DNA of 64,000 bases from Vicugna vicugna. Lineage: Eukaryota. Positions 13,401-24,518 of the stretch are shown piece by piece. A program made the position numbers and the translations under genes. The first letter of the stretch is position 1; each line of letters begins with the position of its first letter. Under the pieces are notes generated by a model. The model was not told the DNA's origin. It saw nothing but the letters and a program-made list of their open reading frames with translations, and searched no databases. The stretch spans positions 186,001 through 250,000 of the forward strand of contig MU058687.1 of NCBI GenBank assembly GCA_013265495.1. Direction: 5' to 3'.

Positions 13401-15375
13401 TATTATTTAGCATTCTTGCTTAGCTTAGGACAGTAATTATTAACCTACCTCTCTCTTACTATCAACAGAATCCAACTTTATGATAGATTTTGCTTTTTCT
13501 CTAAAGTTTAACATTTTGAATGTACTTTAGAAAATGGAGTGTACATTATTCTTTAAATGTTCATCCTGTAAGTGTTCATTCATTGTCCAATAATGCACAA
13601 TTTTGCAGACTGTAGCAATCATTAAATACAGAAAAATGTTGTATAAAACTTGGTAATCATATATGAAAGTTAGCTGGTGTAGACACTGATTTTGTATGTG
13701 ATCAGAAGCATGTCTGGTCATGATAACTGGCCGATAACGTTGGCATGGTTACTGGATCTATTCCACAAATAGAGGTGATATAAGACACTTAAATGTGGTT
13801 CCTGTGTAGTAAGAGAAATTTTATCTTGACTAGATGTGTCTTCTGATACTTCAGCGGTCTGAAGTAGAGTAAGGAGGAGTAAGAAATGAATCTTAACTGT
13901 TGACTTATTCAGAGTTGGTGATGTGTAAGTAGAGTTGAAGGTAGTTGTCTCCATGACCCAGGATCTTCCACCTGGATTTTTTTACGGCTAAATGGAAAGT
14001 GTAGGTCCTAGAAAGGTTGGATTTAATCATTATCTTTTAAAAACTAGGGGGAAGTGTTAAAGCATCAGTCATGAGTAGTTAGAGTCTCTCTAACTGCAGT
14101 CTGACTGTTAGTTCACAAAGACCTTATGTAAGTGTTGGTAAAGGGAGGAGAAAACTAACTGCTAAATTGAAAGTTATCCTCTACCAGAAATTAATTCCTT
14201 TGGCAGACATTTTCTTTATTTGGGCTGCTTAATGTGTCTGTAAATAAATATAAAAGAAGATTCAGTGTAGTGGAGTTGGTGCTTCTGACACAGCTAACTT
14301 AACCATATTCCTTTATCTTCACTTTAGCATGGGTTTTTTTTTTAAACTATAAAATAAGTGCAATAAGAAAATTAAGGGTATTTTTTTTAGATCACTGAAC
14401 TTTTAGAAATCCCACATCTGTATCTCTATTCCTGCCTTTTTAAAAACCAGTGACTGCAAAGAAGGAATATTGAAAAGAAAAACAAAATTGAGTCTTACCT
14501 TTTTCAGACCTAAGATTAATTTTCACTTGACACTTGGAAAAGTCATAACTGGATTCTAGTTTCCCATATTGGGCAGGTTAGAGGAGAACCAGCCAACCAA
14601 ATTACCATCTAGCAAATTTAACAGGGGAATAGGGAAGAGTAAACTATTTTTCAGTAGATTTGCACTTTAAAATGATGAACTGGATGCTGGTGGAAAGTAC
14701 TCCTAAAGGACAGATAAGTACAGTTGAGTAGCCTGCATGTGGATATTAGAGTATCAGACCTCATCCTTGCTCGTTCTAAGCCCACCTGAGCAGTAGTCAT
14801 CTGTTGATGTAAACAGGGTCAGGATTTCCCTATTTCCCTACTTGGTGTCATCTGCTGATGTCTGCTACATCAGCAGTCATCCCTCTAGGGGATGTCAGGT
14901 AGAACTCTTCTATTCCAAATAGAAACTTTTTGAGTTATCTTTTCCACATCTAGATTTTAAAAATTAATTTAGATGTTGGCTAGATTAAGTTGTGGCTCAT
15001 GTTACAAGGGTGGAAAGTTCTCTGCTTCTTTGGTCATAAGGGTACTTGCCTCTGAGGTGCTATTGCCTAGAGGGATCCATCCCATCAAGACTGGTGAGTT
15101 GGTAGCCATAGAGAATATACAGATAGCCAGCTACTTCTCCCAGGGTGCCAGTCATGATCACGAGCATCATTCCAGAATCTGGCTTCTAGAACCAAGGCCA
15201 TTCTGAAAAACATTTTAACATCTATTAATACTATTAATACTTTTATATGCAGGAATTTTGTAGCATGACTTTATGACTAAACTTATTGTGTTAAATTATT
15301 TAGAAATGTTGTTTCTGAATGTTATTTTGTGAGATTTGTTTTAAAATAGTAATAAATTGTGTTATTTTATAAAAA
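10497..15375 (+). other. DNAL1: Putative long DNAL1 3' UTR; candidate AATAAA at 15351-15356
   Basis: AT-rich, repeat-poor sequence after the stop; AATAAA followed by T/GT-rich sequence. Other AATAAA sites exist, so the true end is uncertain. Confidence 0.4.
12952..13173 (-). mobile_element. MER20 (hAT-Charlie MITE)
   Basis: Matches recalled MER20 consensus in reverse (gggggctgtcctgtg, aggatgtttagcagcatc, aatgtcttcagacattgcca); imperfect 8-bp flanks ctttaaac/ctttatag. Confidence 0.85.
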
Positions 15376-17273
15376 AATTAATGTGTATCTTTTTTGGTTA
15401 TATGTCCATTGGTTTTAGCTAATATAGAATAACTATGTGAACTTACAATGATATTCATTTCTAAAGAAATTCAGTCTTTGGATAACATTCCACACGGCTT
15501 GTGTGTCAGAGAGAGGATGAGAGAGAGTGGGAGGGATTGACATTTCTTTATGCTAACATTTTTTTCAATAGTTTACTACCAATGATAATCTCCTATTTCA
15601 GGTTTGTTAAGTCTTCCCCAGAAGTTCTCTGGGCACCATTTCAAATGACTAGGATCTTGGAAAGAACACTTACAGAACAGCAAGTTACTTGGCCATTCCT
15701 AGTCCTCTCCTCACTTCCAGACGTGTACGTTAAAATTGGCTGGTAGGACCTTGTTTTGTGGTCTGAAATGACCTGAAATTGGCTAGCCCTTTTTTGATAC
15801 ACAAGCAACAGGAAGAACCCAGCAATAGCAGTAATGTTACACATTTTCCCAGCACATATCCCGTGGTCAGTCAAATGTAATTTTGGTCACAGAATAGTTC
15901 TATAGTACAGTTTCTACTTCTTTATTCTACAGTTCCTTGGCTGTGAGAATGTTTTTCTTGCTGCTGTTCTCCTTTAAAAAGTGGAAAGATTTTAATTTGA
16001 GCCTGTAAAGAGAAAAACTTAATTCCCATCATAAATAGCACATTTACAATAGCACATTGTTTTCTAGAACAAAGGGTGGACATCTAGAATCCTGACATTG
16101 TTTTATGCTATATATGTGTTGTATTATATATGTATGTACATGCAGATATATATAATTATTATATATCATAAGACTACTAGATGTTGACTCTCCCTCCTAA
16201 AATGCAACCATTTCTACAGCCATAAAAAGAAGGTATATCCCTATGTACAGATGGAAGGATGCGCATAACATATCGGGTGAAAAAAAATAAAGAATCCATT
16301 GTTTGTTATGAATGTAATATATGTTGTGTGTGTGGTAGGAAGACGGAGTATGTTTATGATAGAGTGTTGGGGGCAAGGAGAGAGTGAATGTGTGAAGACA
16401 CGATTGTGAGAAATGAGGAGAGTATACCCAGCACCATGCCTGTGAGAAGGGAGGAGGAAGTTACATGAGTGGTAAAGGCAGGGAATGGGGGCATGCTTGT
16501 GGGGGTCAAAGATGTGGAGACGTGTGTGTTGAGAAGAGAGTGAGAGGGAGGAACAGACATGATATACAGGAAGTAAGGACATGAGTGTACAGAAAAATCT
16601 GTTAGAACATATGCCAATATTCACCTTTATAAGTAAATTTATACCTTATGATTATTACATAGACCAGCTATAAATTTAAAGCCTTGTTACTAGGAAAAAA
16701 CCACACAGAACTCTTATGTTCATTTAATCACTTCTGGATTTAGTAAGATCTCAAAAGATGGACTGCTGGACTGCTTCAGTCACTGAATCTCTACAACCAA
16801 ATAAACATGTTTTTAAGCCATATTTCCCTTTTTATATCCTCTTGATACAACATGGCTGCTGTAAATGAGAAACGTTAATCGTACACAGGTATGATGAGTT
16901 GTTATTCTTGCAGCAAAACATTTTTAGCTGGAAAAGGTCTTAAAGGGTGAGAAAAAGCATTGTAGATAACCTCTCAAACCCCATTTTAGGATTTTCTAAT
17001 ATTTTACAGTAAGTTAATATTTACTTATGTCTATTTTGCCTTCTAACATTTGTCTTGTAGAAAACATGCAAAAATCAAAATATATTAAAAGGTATTGCAA
17101 TTTAAACTTACATAGTATGATATAAACTTAGAGTAAAATAATATGTTTGACTTTTTTTTTTTTAGTGGCATGGGGAAGTCGTCCTAAGAAAAGGAAATAT
17201 AGAGCTTAATTACACTGAAGTTTTTAATACATGTTTCTTAAAAACAAGAAGACAACAGAACTTTTAAAACATT

Positions 17274-17279
17274 TTTATT
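17274..17279 (-). terminator. PNMA1: PNMA1 polyadenylation signal (AATAAA)
   Basis: tttatt on +, ~745 nt after the stop; U/GU-rich sequence follows on the minus strand. Confidence 0.65.
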
Positions 17280-17644
17280 TATATACATGTATTTGATAAC
17301 TTCGAATTTAGAACACTTAGAATCAGCACGAACAAGGTAAACTACTCATCAAAGATTTGAAATGGGGGAATAGATACTGTAACTGGTTCATATTAACTTC
17401 CCCATGCAATTTATATCCGTATCTTGTACAGTGGAAAACTGACTTACACAGCTCTGTAAGTGCAGTGTTTTTCTAACACCCCATTTTGTAGACTCAATAC
17501 TTTTCAATTAAACTGATCCAGATGTTTAAAGATGAAAAATAAATTTACACTGTAAAGTCGAATAATATCTAATCAATTCACGTTTCTTTCCATTAATATA
17601 AATCAGGAGCAATTTATAGTAAATAAAAACTATTCACGATTGTC

Positions 17645-17790
17645 GTAATAACAGTTCACATTTTTACTGAACTTGTGTCAGCCAGGCCCTGCGCTAAACA
17701 TCTGAACATGCAATTTCATACTTAATTACCTCTATGGGAAGTGTCACAAGTTCACGTTTTTCACAACTGATGATGACAGCTTCACTGAGC
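17645..17790 (-). mobile_element. Degenerate MIR-like fragment in the PNMA1 3' UTR
   Basis: aataacagttcacatttttactgaac...gccaggccctgcgctaaaca pattern typical of the MIR 3' end in reverse. Confidence 0.4.
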
Positions 17791-18022
17791 ACTCTTGTCC
17801 AAGCCTTTCCCGGGCATTGTAGCTAGCTAGCACGACTCACTTGTACCGCAGCATCACTGGTGCTCGATGCATGGTTTTACTGTTACATGAATACTCAGGC
17901 CCTACTTCCCCCCAGAAAAAACACAACTAAGTCTTCACTACTAGGAGACATGCCTGTAGGACAGCACAGAGAGCGAAAGCAGCTGTGATCTAGGTCTGCA
18001 CCAAAGCCCCTTTTTCTGGGAC

Positions 18023-19084
18023 TCAGAAGTGCCCCTCCAGGCCTAACTGCAGGAGGGCGGCCTCAGCCTCCTCCTCTTCTTCCTTGGCCTCTTCCTCACG
18101 GATCTGCACCAGCAACTGGAAGAGGTTAGGCGCCGGCCCTTCCGCAGCCCCTGTCAGCCACAGCTGCCTTCGGATGGCCCCGCTGTGGTTGGCCCCGGCA
18201 ATAACCTGCTCCAGGCGGGCCTGGTTCACGTTATCTTTATCTATGGCCCCCTTCTCCACCACCTTCTGCAGCAGAGGCTCCAGACGAATGACATAAGCAG
18301 ATAACTTTTCTCCCGGGTTCTGGTAAGTGTTCAGAAATCTGACCTGAGCATCCCTAGAGCTCTCGACACTCCCAAACACCTGCTCAAGCGCCTTCAGGCA
18401 TTCGGCGGTAGTAATCGCAGGGTTGTTGGTCTTTAGGATGCGGATGACATCAGCAGCAGGGCCTCTAAGACTCTCCATCAACCGCCGCCTCTTTTCTACA
18501 TCAGACACCTGCCACTCCTCTATGACCTCATTAGTGTGCTCCAGCCAGGGATCAAAGGTCTCCTCCCCAGGCCCCGGGATGTCCCTCCCGGAGAACAGCG
18601 TCAGCTTCTTATACCATATAGACTCAACAAGAGGCTGAATAACATTATCCAAAATATAGTTTAGCATTTCTGTTGGCATATCTGGGCCTGGGGCCGGAGT
18701 GGGGTTCTGAAGCCCAAGGACACGGGCAACATCTTGCACGGTCCACCCCTCTCTCGCTAGGAAGAGATGCAACCTTTCTAAAAATTCAGCATCTGACGTC
18801 GGGGGCTTAAAGATTACTTTCCAGACCCCTCCTTTACCTGGCATCTCCCTGGGGATCGCGGCGTAATCCACAGCGCCAGTGAGCTCTAACAAGGCTGCTT
18901 TGGCATTCTCTTCCCTCCAGAACATTCTCCCAAGCACTCGATAGGGTACCTGGGGCATCGCAGCCTGGAGAGTCTCTTCGATTTCAGCCTCATCACAGTT
19001 CACTGGGATCCCCCAGACCAGCAGGGCTCTCTGGGAGTTCACATCCATCCCTCTACACCAGTCTTCCAACAGTGTCATCGCCAT
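18023..19084 (-). CDS. PNMA1: Paraneoplastic Ma antigen 1; intronless domesticated Ty3/gypsy Gag (capsid) protein, 353 aa
   Basis: Uninterrupted ORF MAMTLLEDWCRGMDVNSQRALLV...LQLGLEGHF; strong Kozak ACAATGG at 19084; capsid MHR-like YQNPGEKLSAYVIRL; position between DNAL1 and MIDEAS. Confidence 0.97.
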   Translation of the reverse strand: MAMTLLEDWCRGMDVNSQRALLVWGIPVNCDEAEIEETLQAAMPQVPYRVLGRMFWREENAKAALLELTGAVDYAAIPREMPGKGGVWKVIFKPPTSDAEFLERLHLFLAREGWTVQDVARVLGLQNPTPAPGPDMPTEMLNYILDNVIQPLVESIWYKKLTLFSGRDIPGPGEETFDPWLEHTNEVIEEWQVSDVEKRRRLMESLRGPAADVIRILKTNNPAITTAECLKALEQVFGSVESSRDAQVRFLNTYQNPGEKLSAYVIRLEPLLQKVVEKGAIDKDNVNQARLEQVIAGANHSGAIRRQLWLTGAAEGPAPNLFQLLVQIREEEAKEEEEEAEAALLQLGLEGHF

Positions 19085-19139
19085 TGTCCCAACCAACTAT
19101 AAAGGGTCCCAATTCTACAAATACGGATTAGACTGTGGC

Positions 19140-20090
19140 TCCGGGTGCTCTAGGACTTAGGACAACAGCGGACACTCCCCTCCCCCGACCCAATATGCCC
19201 AAGGGAGGCAAGCTTCACGCAATCACGATTGACAGAGGACACGAGCGCCCCGCTCTCATTCTTTCGCTGCCCCCTTAAGTCAGTCCTTCCCGTTCTCGGA
19301 GCGAAGCATCGGGGATGCTCAACCAGTCACTCGGCCATCGCCATCTTGCGACTCTGGTCGGGGTCAGCAGGCTGGGTCCTCCACCTGCAAGCAGGATGTC
19401 GCAGAGCAGAGAACTGGCGAGGAGCGAGGGTGGGTGGCGCAGGCAGGAGCAATCCGCGCCGGAGAGGCCGCCCGGCTGTGATCGCGGGGCGTGGCCGCCC
19501 CGTTTCCCAAGCCCGGGCGCCGGGAACTCACTGCTGCCGGCGTCGACCCGGCTTTCGCGGTCGGAGCCCGGCTTTCAGGCCGGCGAAGAGCCGCTTCTCT
19601 GCAGACGAGAACTGTGCAGAGGGAGAGACTGGCCTGGGGTCGCAGCGTCCGCGGCGGGGCCAGCCGGAGAGCGGCTTCTTCACTGACGCAGGAACTCCTC
19701 TAGGCGGCGAGGACGGCCGAAGACCCAGAACACAGGCAGCGGAGGCGTGGGAAGGATATGAAAGCGAGGCTAAAGGCAGCGGAGGCGAAGGCGGGCTGGA
19801 GCGGCCGCGCGCCCGTGCTGCGGCGGGCTGCAGGAGGCTAGCGCACCGCGGCGGCAGGCGGCTCAAACCAGCAGCCAGCCAACGCGTTACTGCCGCAGTG
19901 GAGGCGGGCCGGCGGGCGAGCGGAGGACGCCACGCCCCGCCCCACCCCCGCCGCCGAGCCTGCGCGAGCGTAGCTACGGCAACGGTGGCCCAGACGACGC
20001 GGGGCCCGCGCACTCCGGCCGTCCGCGGGGACGAGCGGTTGCCATAGTGCCAACAAGGGGCTCCCTGCATTAATTTCTCTAATGGCGCGT
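19140..20090 (-). promoter_or_regulatory. PNMA1: PNMA1 CpG island promoter and 5' UTR
   Basis: Dense CpG directly upstream of the ORF; GC boxes (ccccgccc ~19935); YY1-like AAGATGGCG at 19339-19347(-). Confidence 0.85.
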
Positions 20091-20589
20091 TTTCTTTTTC
20101 ACATCTTCTAGATATTTTTTAATGCAAAGAACTGTGTTAAAAAGTAAAAAAATAACAATTCTGGAGTGAATTTAAAATGATATGCGTCCGTCAAGGCAGA
20201 CTTGTCTACTCATGTCGCTCGTTCAATGAGTTCAAAGCTCTGAAAGAAAATACCCTGTACCAACTGATCGCACTCTGCACCCGCCAAATTTCATCCCAAT
20301 GAAACGAAAACGTTGGAAATGGGCCTTGTTTTTGTGCGAGACGATGAGTTGAGACTTTTGTCAAATTTTGTTAAAATATCTAGATCTATCCAGTAACCTT
20401 TGTAGCCAGGCAAACTCTAGTGTGTTATTTTCCTTGTCCTGGCATCACTGACAGTGGGCTGATAAAACAGAATCCTTATGGTTCAAAAATGTCGAGTAAT
20501 CCCTTGCAAGCAAAACAAGGCCTACTTATATCAGTCCCAGATGCCAGATGGTGAAAAATCTCCCCCAAAGGTACACAGCATTCAACTCT

Positions 20590-23500
20590 GAATTTTTAAA
20601 ACCTTATTTAATAAAAGGTTTAAAGATACAGAAGGACATTCAAAAGTAAATAAGTTACATAGGTACATTACAATCACATCAGCAAGATTTTCTTTAGTGT
20701 GTTAATTTTTTTTTTATAAAAAGCACACAAAAAATAAAATCTTCAGTCTGGTCTATCACAACTGTACAGCAAAAGAGGTAATATTTATATATATGTACAC
20801 TATTTTAATATGTAACAGTCTTTTTAAAAAAGGGTGCCACAGGCAGCAAACACACAAAAGGCAGTGTCTGATTTTTTTTCAAAATAAAAGGGATATACTT
20901 ATTTATATGCTATTAAAATATTTTTACAATAATTACAGACTGTCAAGGCTGTTCCTGTGCTCTGTCCCCTCCAACAAGGCCTTCGACTAAGAGACAAATG
21001 AGGAAAAGGTGACACAGCTGCAAATTGTTAGAGGCAAATATTAACACAGCAAAATATAAGGAGGACATACAATTGTTTTATAAAAATATGCATACTTCCT
21101 GTATACCTAAGGACTTAGGTTTGCCAATCTGGTAATAAATACCATCCGAGAAAAGTGAGCCCCAGTGAAAACATATTTAAATGGCTGAGGCTTGAGTCCA
21201 TGTTGTATTCCTCCTTCATCTTAACATCTGGCACATGAGAACAGATTAGGTCACTGAGGCAGTTAAATATAGGGAATCCCTTTAGACATAAGCAGCACAT
21301 GACCTCTGTGCCAGGGGTGGAAGTGGGGTGGCAGAAGGGATGGGTGTGTACATTAGCGATGAGGGGGCTGCTGAAGGCATGGAGGACAGTGCTGAAGCAC
21401 TGTCTCCTTGGGTAGGTAAGAGACCTCAGAAATGGTCTAGAACACAGGCACTAGGTCAGTTTCATGCCCTTAGCTGAGTGTAGATGGAGGCTGAGAGATG
21501 GATATGTGAGCTATGTGAGATGGTGTGGGTACGAGATTATAAAGCTGAAGGTGTTTGTCATTTAACTTCTTAAAGCAAAGAGCTCTGAATAGAAGAAAAA
21601 AGAAAAGACAAAATATTAGCCTAATGTGTCCACAGGGAGAAAGCACCATAAAGGATAGACCTATGCCAGCCTCTGTGGCTACACCTACTTTACTGGCAGG
21701 TCACTTGCCACAATTGCATCTGCCCTCTAAACATTTTACCTTTCACACTGCATTCTAGATATAAATCCATCCTGGAGCATAAAGTCTTCTAAAATACGGT
21801 GTCTGGTGGGGTTAAATACAGAGAGTTACCATCTTGATTTTCTCACCTACATTCACCTGGTCTGGTCTCCGTGAGCTTAGAGGAGAATCACTTTAGATGA
21901 AGGAGGTTTCTGTTACCACATATCCAAAAAAGAGGCCTAAAACTAAATAGGTTTAAATAGAAAAAACCTTGGGAAACATAAGTAGCACTTTGGGGAGAAG
22001 CTGTGAAGGCACTCATATTACACATGTGATTTAGAAGAGAGCCTAAATTTGCTACCCTCCTGTTTGGGGACAGTATACCAAATTTTTGCTATCTTGGGAT
22101 ATTGAGCTTCCATATAGAAGCCTATGGAAGAAACTGGGAAGTTGGAGGTCTTAGGTAGCCGTCAGGAGTTGGTGGGGGCGGCAGGGAGAATTTTGTTACT
22201 CCCATAGCTGAGTTCCTGTATAACCATAATGCATAAATGAATGCTAAAAAAATACCAGATAGTGCATAGTTAAGAAACAAAACTCCCTCCCCACTCCCAG
22301 TTACCAACATGATGCCTTTAGGCTATCTCATCAGAGTAGCAGAATGAATACTTTTTGGCTCTTCCTAACATGTTAACCTATCATATACTTGCATTCATTT
22401 AGAACTTCTTTTACACAACTAAAGTTGAATAACAAGATCAGAAAATCAACTCAGCCCTCCTATGGGACTGGCAAGTGAAGGGGCCTCCAGAACCTTCCAG
22501 CTCTTTCACTTCAGTGACTTCACACCAAATATGGCTTCTTCAAGCCAGAAGCAAAACCAGAAGCAAAACCAGAATGCTGGCTTCCAGCCAGTCCCCTCAG
22601 GCAACTTGAAAGTACAGCCAGAAAAGAGGTAGCAACAAGAACTGCCTTTGATCTCCCTTGATACTGCTAGTCTCTGTGTGGCTCTGTGACACCTTCCACC
22701 TTTCCACCCTCTTTCAGTGCTACTATCATTCCTATTGGGAAAACTTCAGAGCAACAAGGCGAGGGTTCTTAGGATCTTGGGAATGGGGGGGGAGGGGCGG
22801 ATGCTAAGAAAGTGCCTTGTTTTGGGATAAATGCACTTGGGCCTCTGGAAAGCAGGAAGCCCCTGGTCCCTGAGAGGATGTTAAAAATTAAATATTAACA
22901 ATAAATAAATAGCTCCCAAATGACACAAGTCAAGGAATGAAGGCTCCTGTCCAATCTGGCTAGGAGACCTCCCCCCTCCCAGGGAAGGATCCAGAAATCT
23001 CCAGCATGCAGGACTGGGGTCTGGGCTCTATCAGCTCTAGACCAGGTTGGGTGGGGTTAGGTGGCAGCTGCCAAGGGCAGAACAGAAGCAGGCGGGGAAC
23101 CTGCACCAAGGAGGAGCAGGCTGGGCCTAGGTTAAGCTTCCTTAGCAGCCTCCAAGGCCCAAAGGTATCTGGCAAAAAGGTGGCAAGCTGGGAGAGCCAA
23201 GACTTATTAAAAGCTCCCTAGGCCTAACCCTGAAGCAAAACTGCAGCTTCCATCCTCTGTACAGTTCCCTTCCCTCCAGCGGGCTGAGAGCTTGGACAGG
23301 AACAGTGGCCCCTTCCCCAAACATCTGAAAACACTTTCCAGCCCCAGCAGGCTGCTAGCAAGCAGCAAAGGGATAGGTAGCAGTCCTGGTCTCTCTCCCT
23401 GCACGCTCTGATAGCCTCCCTCCTAGGGAGGAGGGGGCCTCTCTGAAGATCTAGTCACTAGAGCAGCATGACCTGAACACTGTCCTGCAGGAGACAGCAC

Positions 23501-23994
23501 AGGTGCTACGCTGAGCTCCCTCTCAAAGCTGGCCACCACCCTTCCTCCCAGTGAGTCCCTCTTTCGGGGGCTTGGGGCAGGGCCCGTTCAGGTCCCCTAG
23601 AGAGGAGGATTAATGCTGCAAAGGGGCGCGCTAGTGCTTGGCTTTCCTTGGTGAGAAGGGAGCAGCAGGAGCAAAGAGGGAGCACGGTAGCAGAGGTCCA
23701 TGAGAGAGAGAGCAAGCGGTGGCAGCACTGGAGCCCCTCCCGGTGGGCGGCCCCAGGGAGCAGGGCCTCTCCCAGTTCCAGGAAAAGACAAAGACAACTT
23801 CCGACAGACCAAAGGCAAGAGAACTGGATCTTGCAGCCCTTTACACTGCTCCTGGGACCTTTATAAATAAAAGAGCCGTTTATTTAATCGTCCTATTCGT
23901 TTTGCGGAGACAAGTCCACGTGATCTCTCCCTCCGGAGATTCCGGGTGCTGGCAGGACGTCGGCAGGCTTGGGTAGGACCCGGAGCCCGCGGTG
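20590..23994 (-). other. MIDEAS: MIDEAS 3' UTR (~3.4 kb)
   Basis: Repeat-poor sequence after the stop; Pumilio-type UGUACAUA at 20792-20799(-). Confidence 0.65.
20607..20612 (-). terminator. MIDEAS: Candidate distal MIDEAS polyadenylation signal (ATTAAA)
   Basis: tttaat on +, at the end of an AU-rich UTR-like stretch with several UGUA elements on the minus strand. Confidence 0.55.
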
Positions 23995-24175
23995 TCAGCC
24001 CCTCTCGCCGGCGCCGCTCTCCTCCCTAAGGGCCGGCTGGTGGGAGGAGGCAGCGGCCGCAGTGGCGGCGGCGGCCGCGGCCTCTTTCTCCTTCTGCCTC
24101 AGAGCGGCCGCCTTCTTCTCCTGCTCTGCGTGGCTCTTCATGTGGGCGCTGCGACTCTTCACCTTGTAAAACACC
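23995..24175 (-). CDS. MIDEAS: MIDEAS last coding exon (second half of C2H2 finger, Ala-rich tail, stop)
   Basis: tacag|G GTG TTT; encodes (R)VFYKVKSRSAHMKSHAEQEKK...GAGERG*; 181 nt. Confidence 0.92.
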
Positions 24176-24518
24176 CTGTATTCGGGCAGGAGGGGCTCCA
24201 GTGAGAGGTCTGTCCCCACCACAAGGGGTACGCGTGTGTACACGACGCGCGGACGCCCGCGGTGGGGACTCCTCGGCCCTTTCGGACAGCTCCGCCCCAC
24301 GTGGCCCAACCCCCACCCTCCAACGATGGGCTCCCGATTCCAGTGCCTTCTCCCCTCTGGTAAAAGCTGCCAAGGGACGTCATTGCCCTGGAAACCCTCT
24401 GAGCCAATCAGGAGGCAAAGCGAAAGCACCGACTCCTCCTCCTTCTCCCGAGATTCTGCCCCTCCCCCAACCAGGGCCAACCGGCTAGCCCCAGTGAAAA
24501 CCGGGCCTGCCTTCTCAC

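Noticed and set aside
16200..16630. 127-aa and 87-aa minus-strand ORFs over a purine-rich tract
   Set aside because: Appears to be a decayed GT/GA low-complexity stretch within an old L1 3' end; no domain.
17990..18030. Gag-pol frameshift or readthrough after the PNMA1 stop
   Set aside because: In-frame TAG follows within 10 codons, I see no canonical slippery heptamer before the stop, and there is no protease-like ORF downstream.
19085..19096. Four-codon N-terminal extension of PNMA1 from TTG (357 aa in the ORF track)
   Set aside because: Non-ATG start directly after an in-frame TAG; the ATG at 19084 has strong Kozak context and gives the recognised N-terminus.
19229..20070. 272-aa (+) and 180-aa (-) ORFs at the PNMA1 promoter
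   Set aside because: Arg/Ala/Gly/Pro-rich products expected from a stop-poor CpG island; no recognisable domain.
22546..22575. 12-nt tandem duplication cagaagcaaaac
   Set aside because: Ordinary slippage duplication of about 2.5 copies; not an array.
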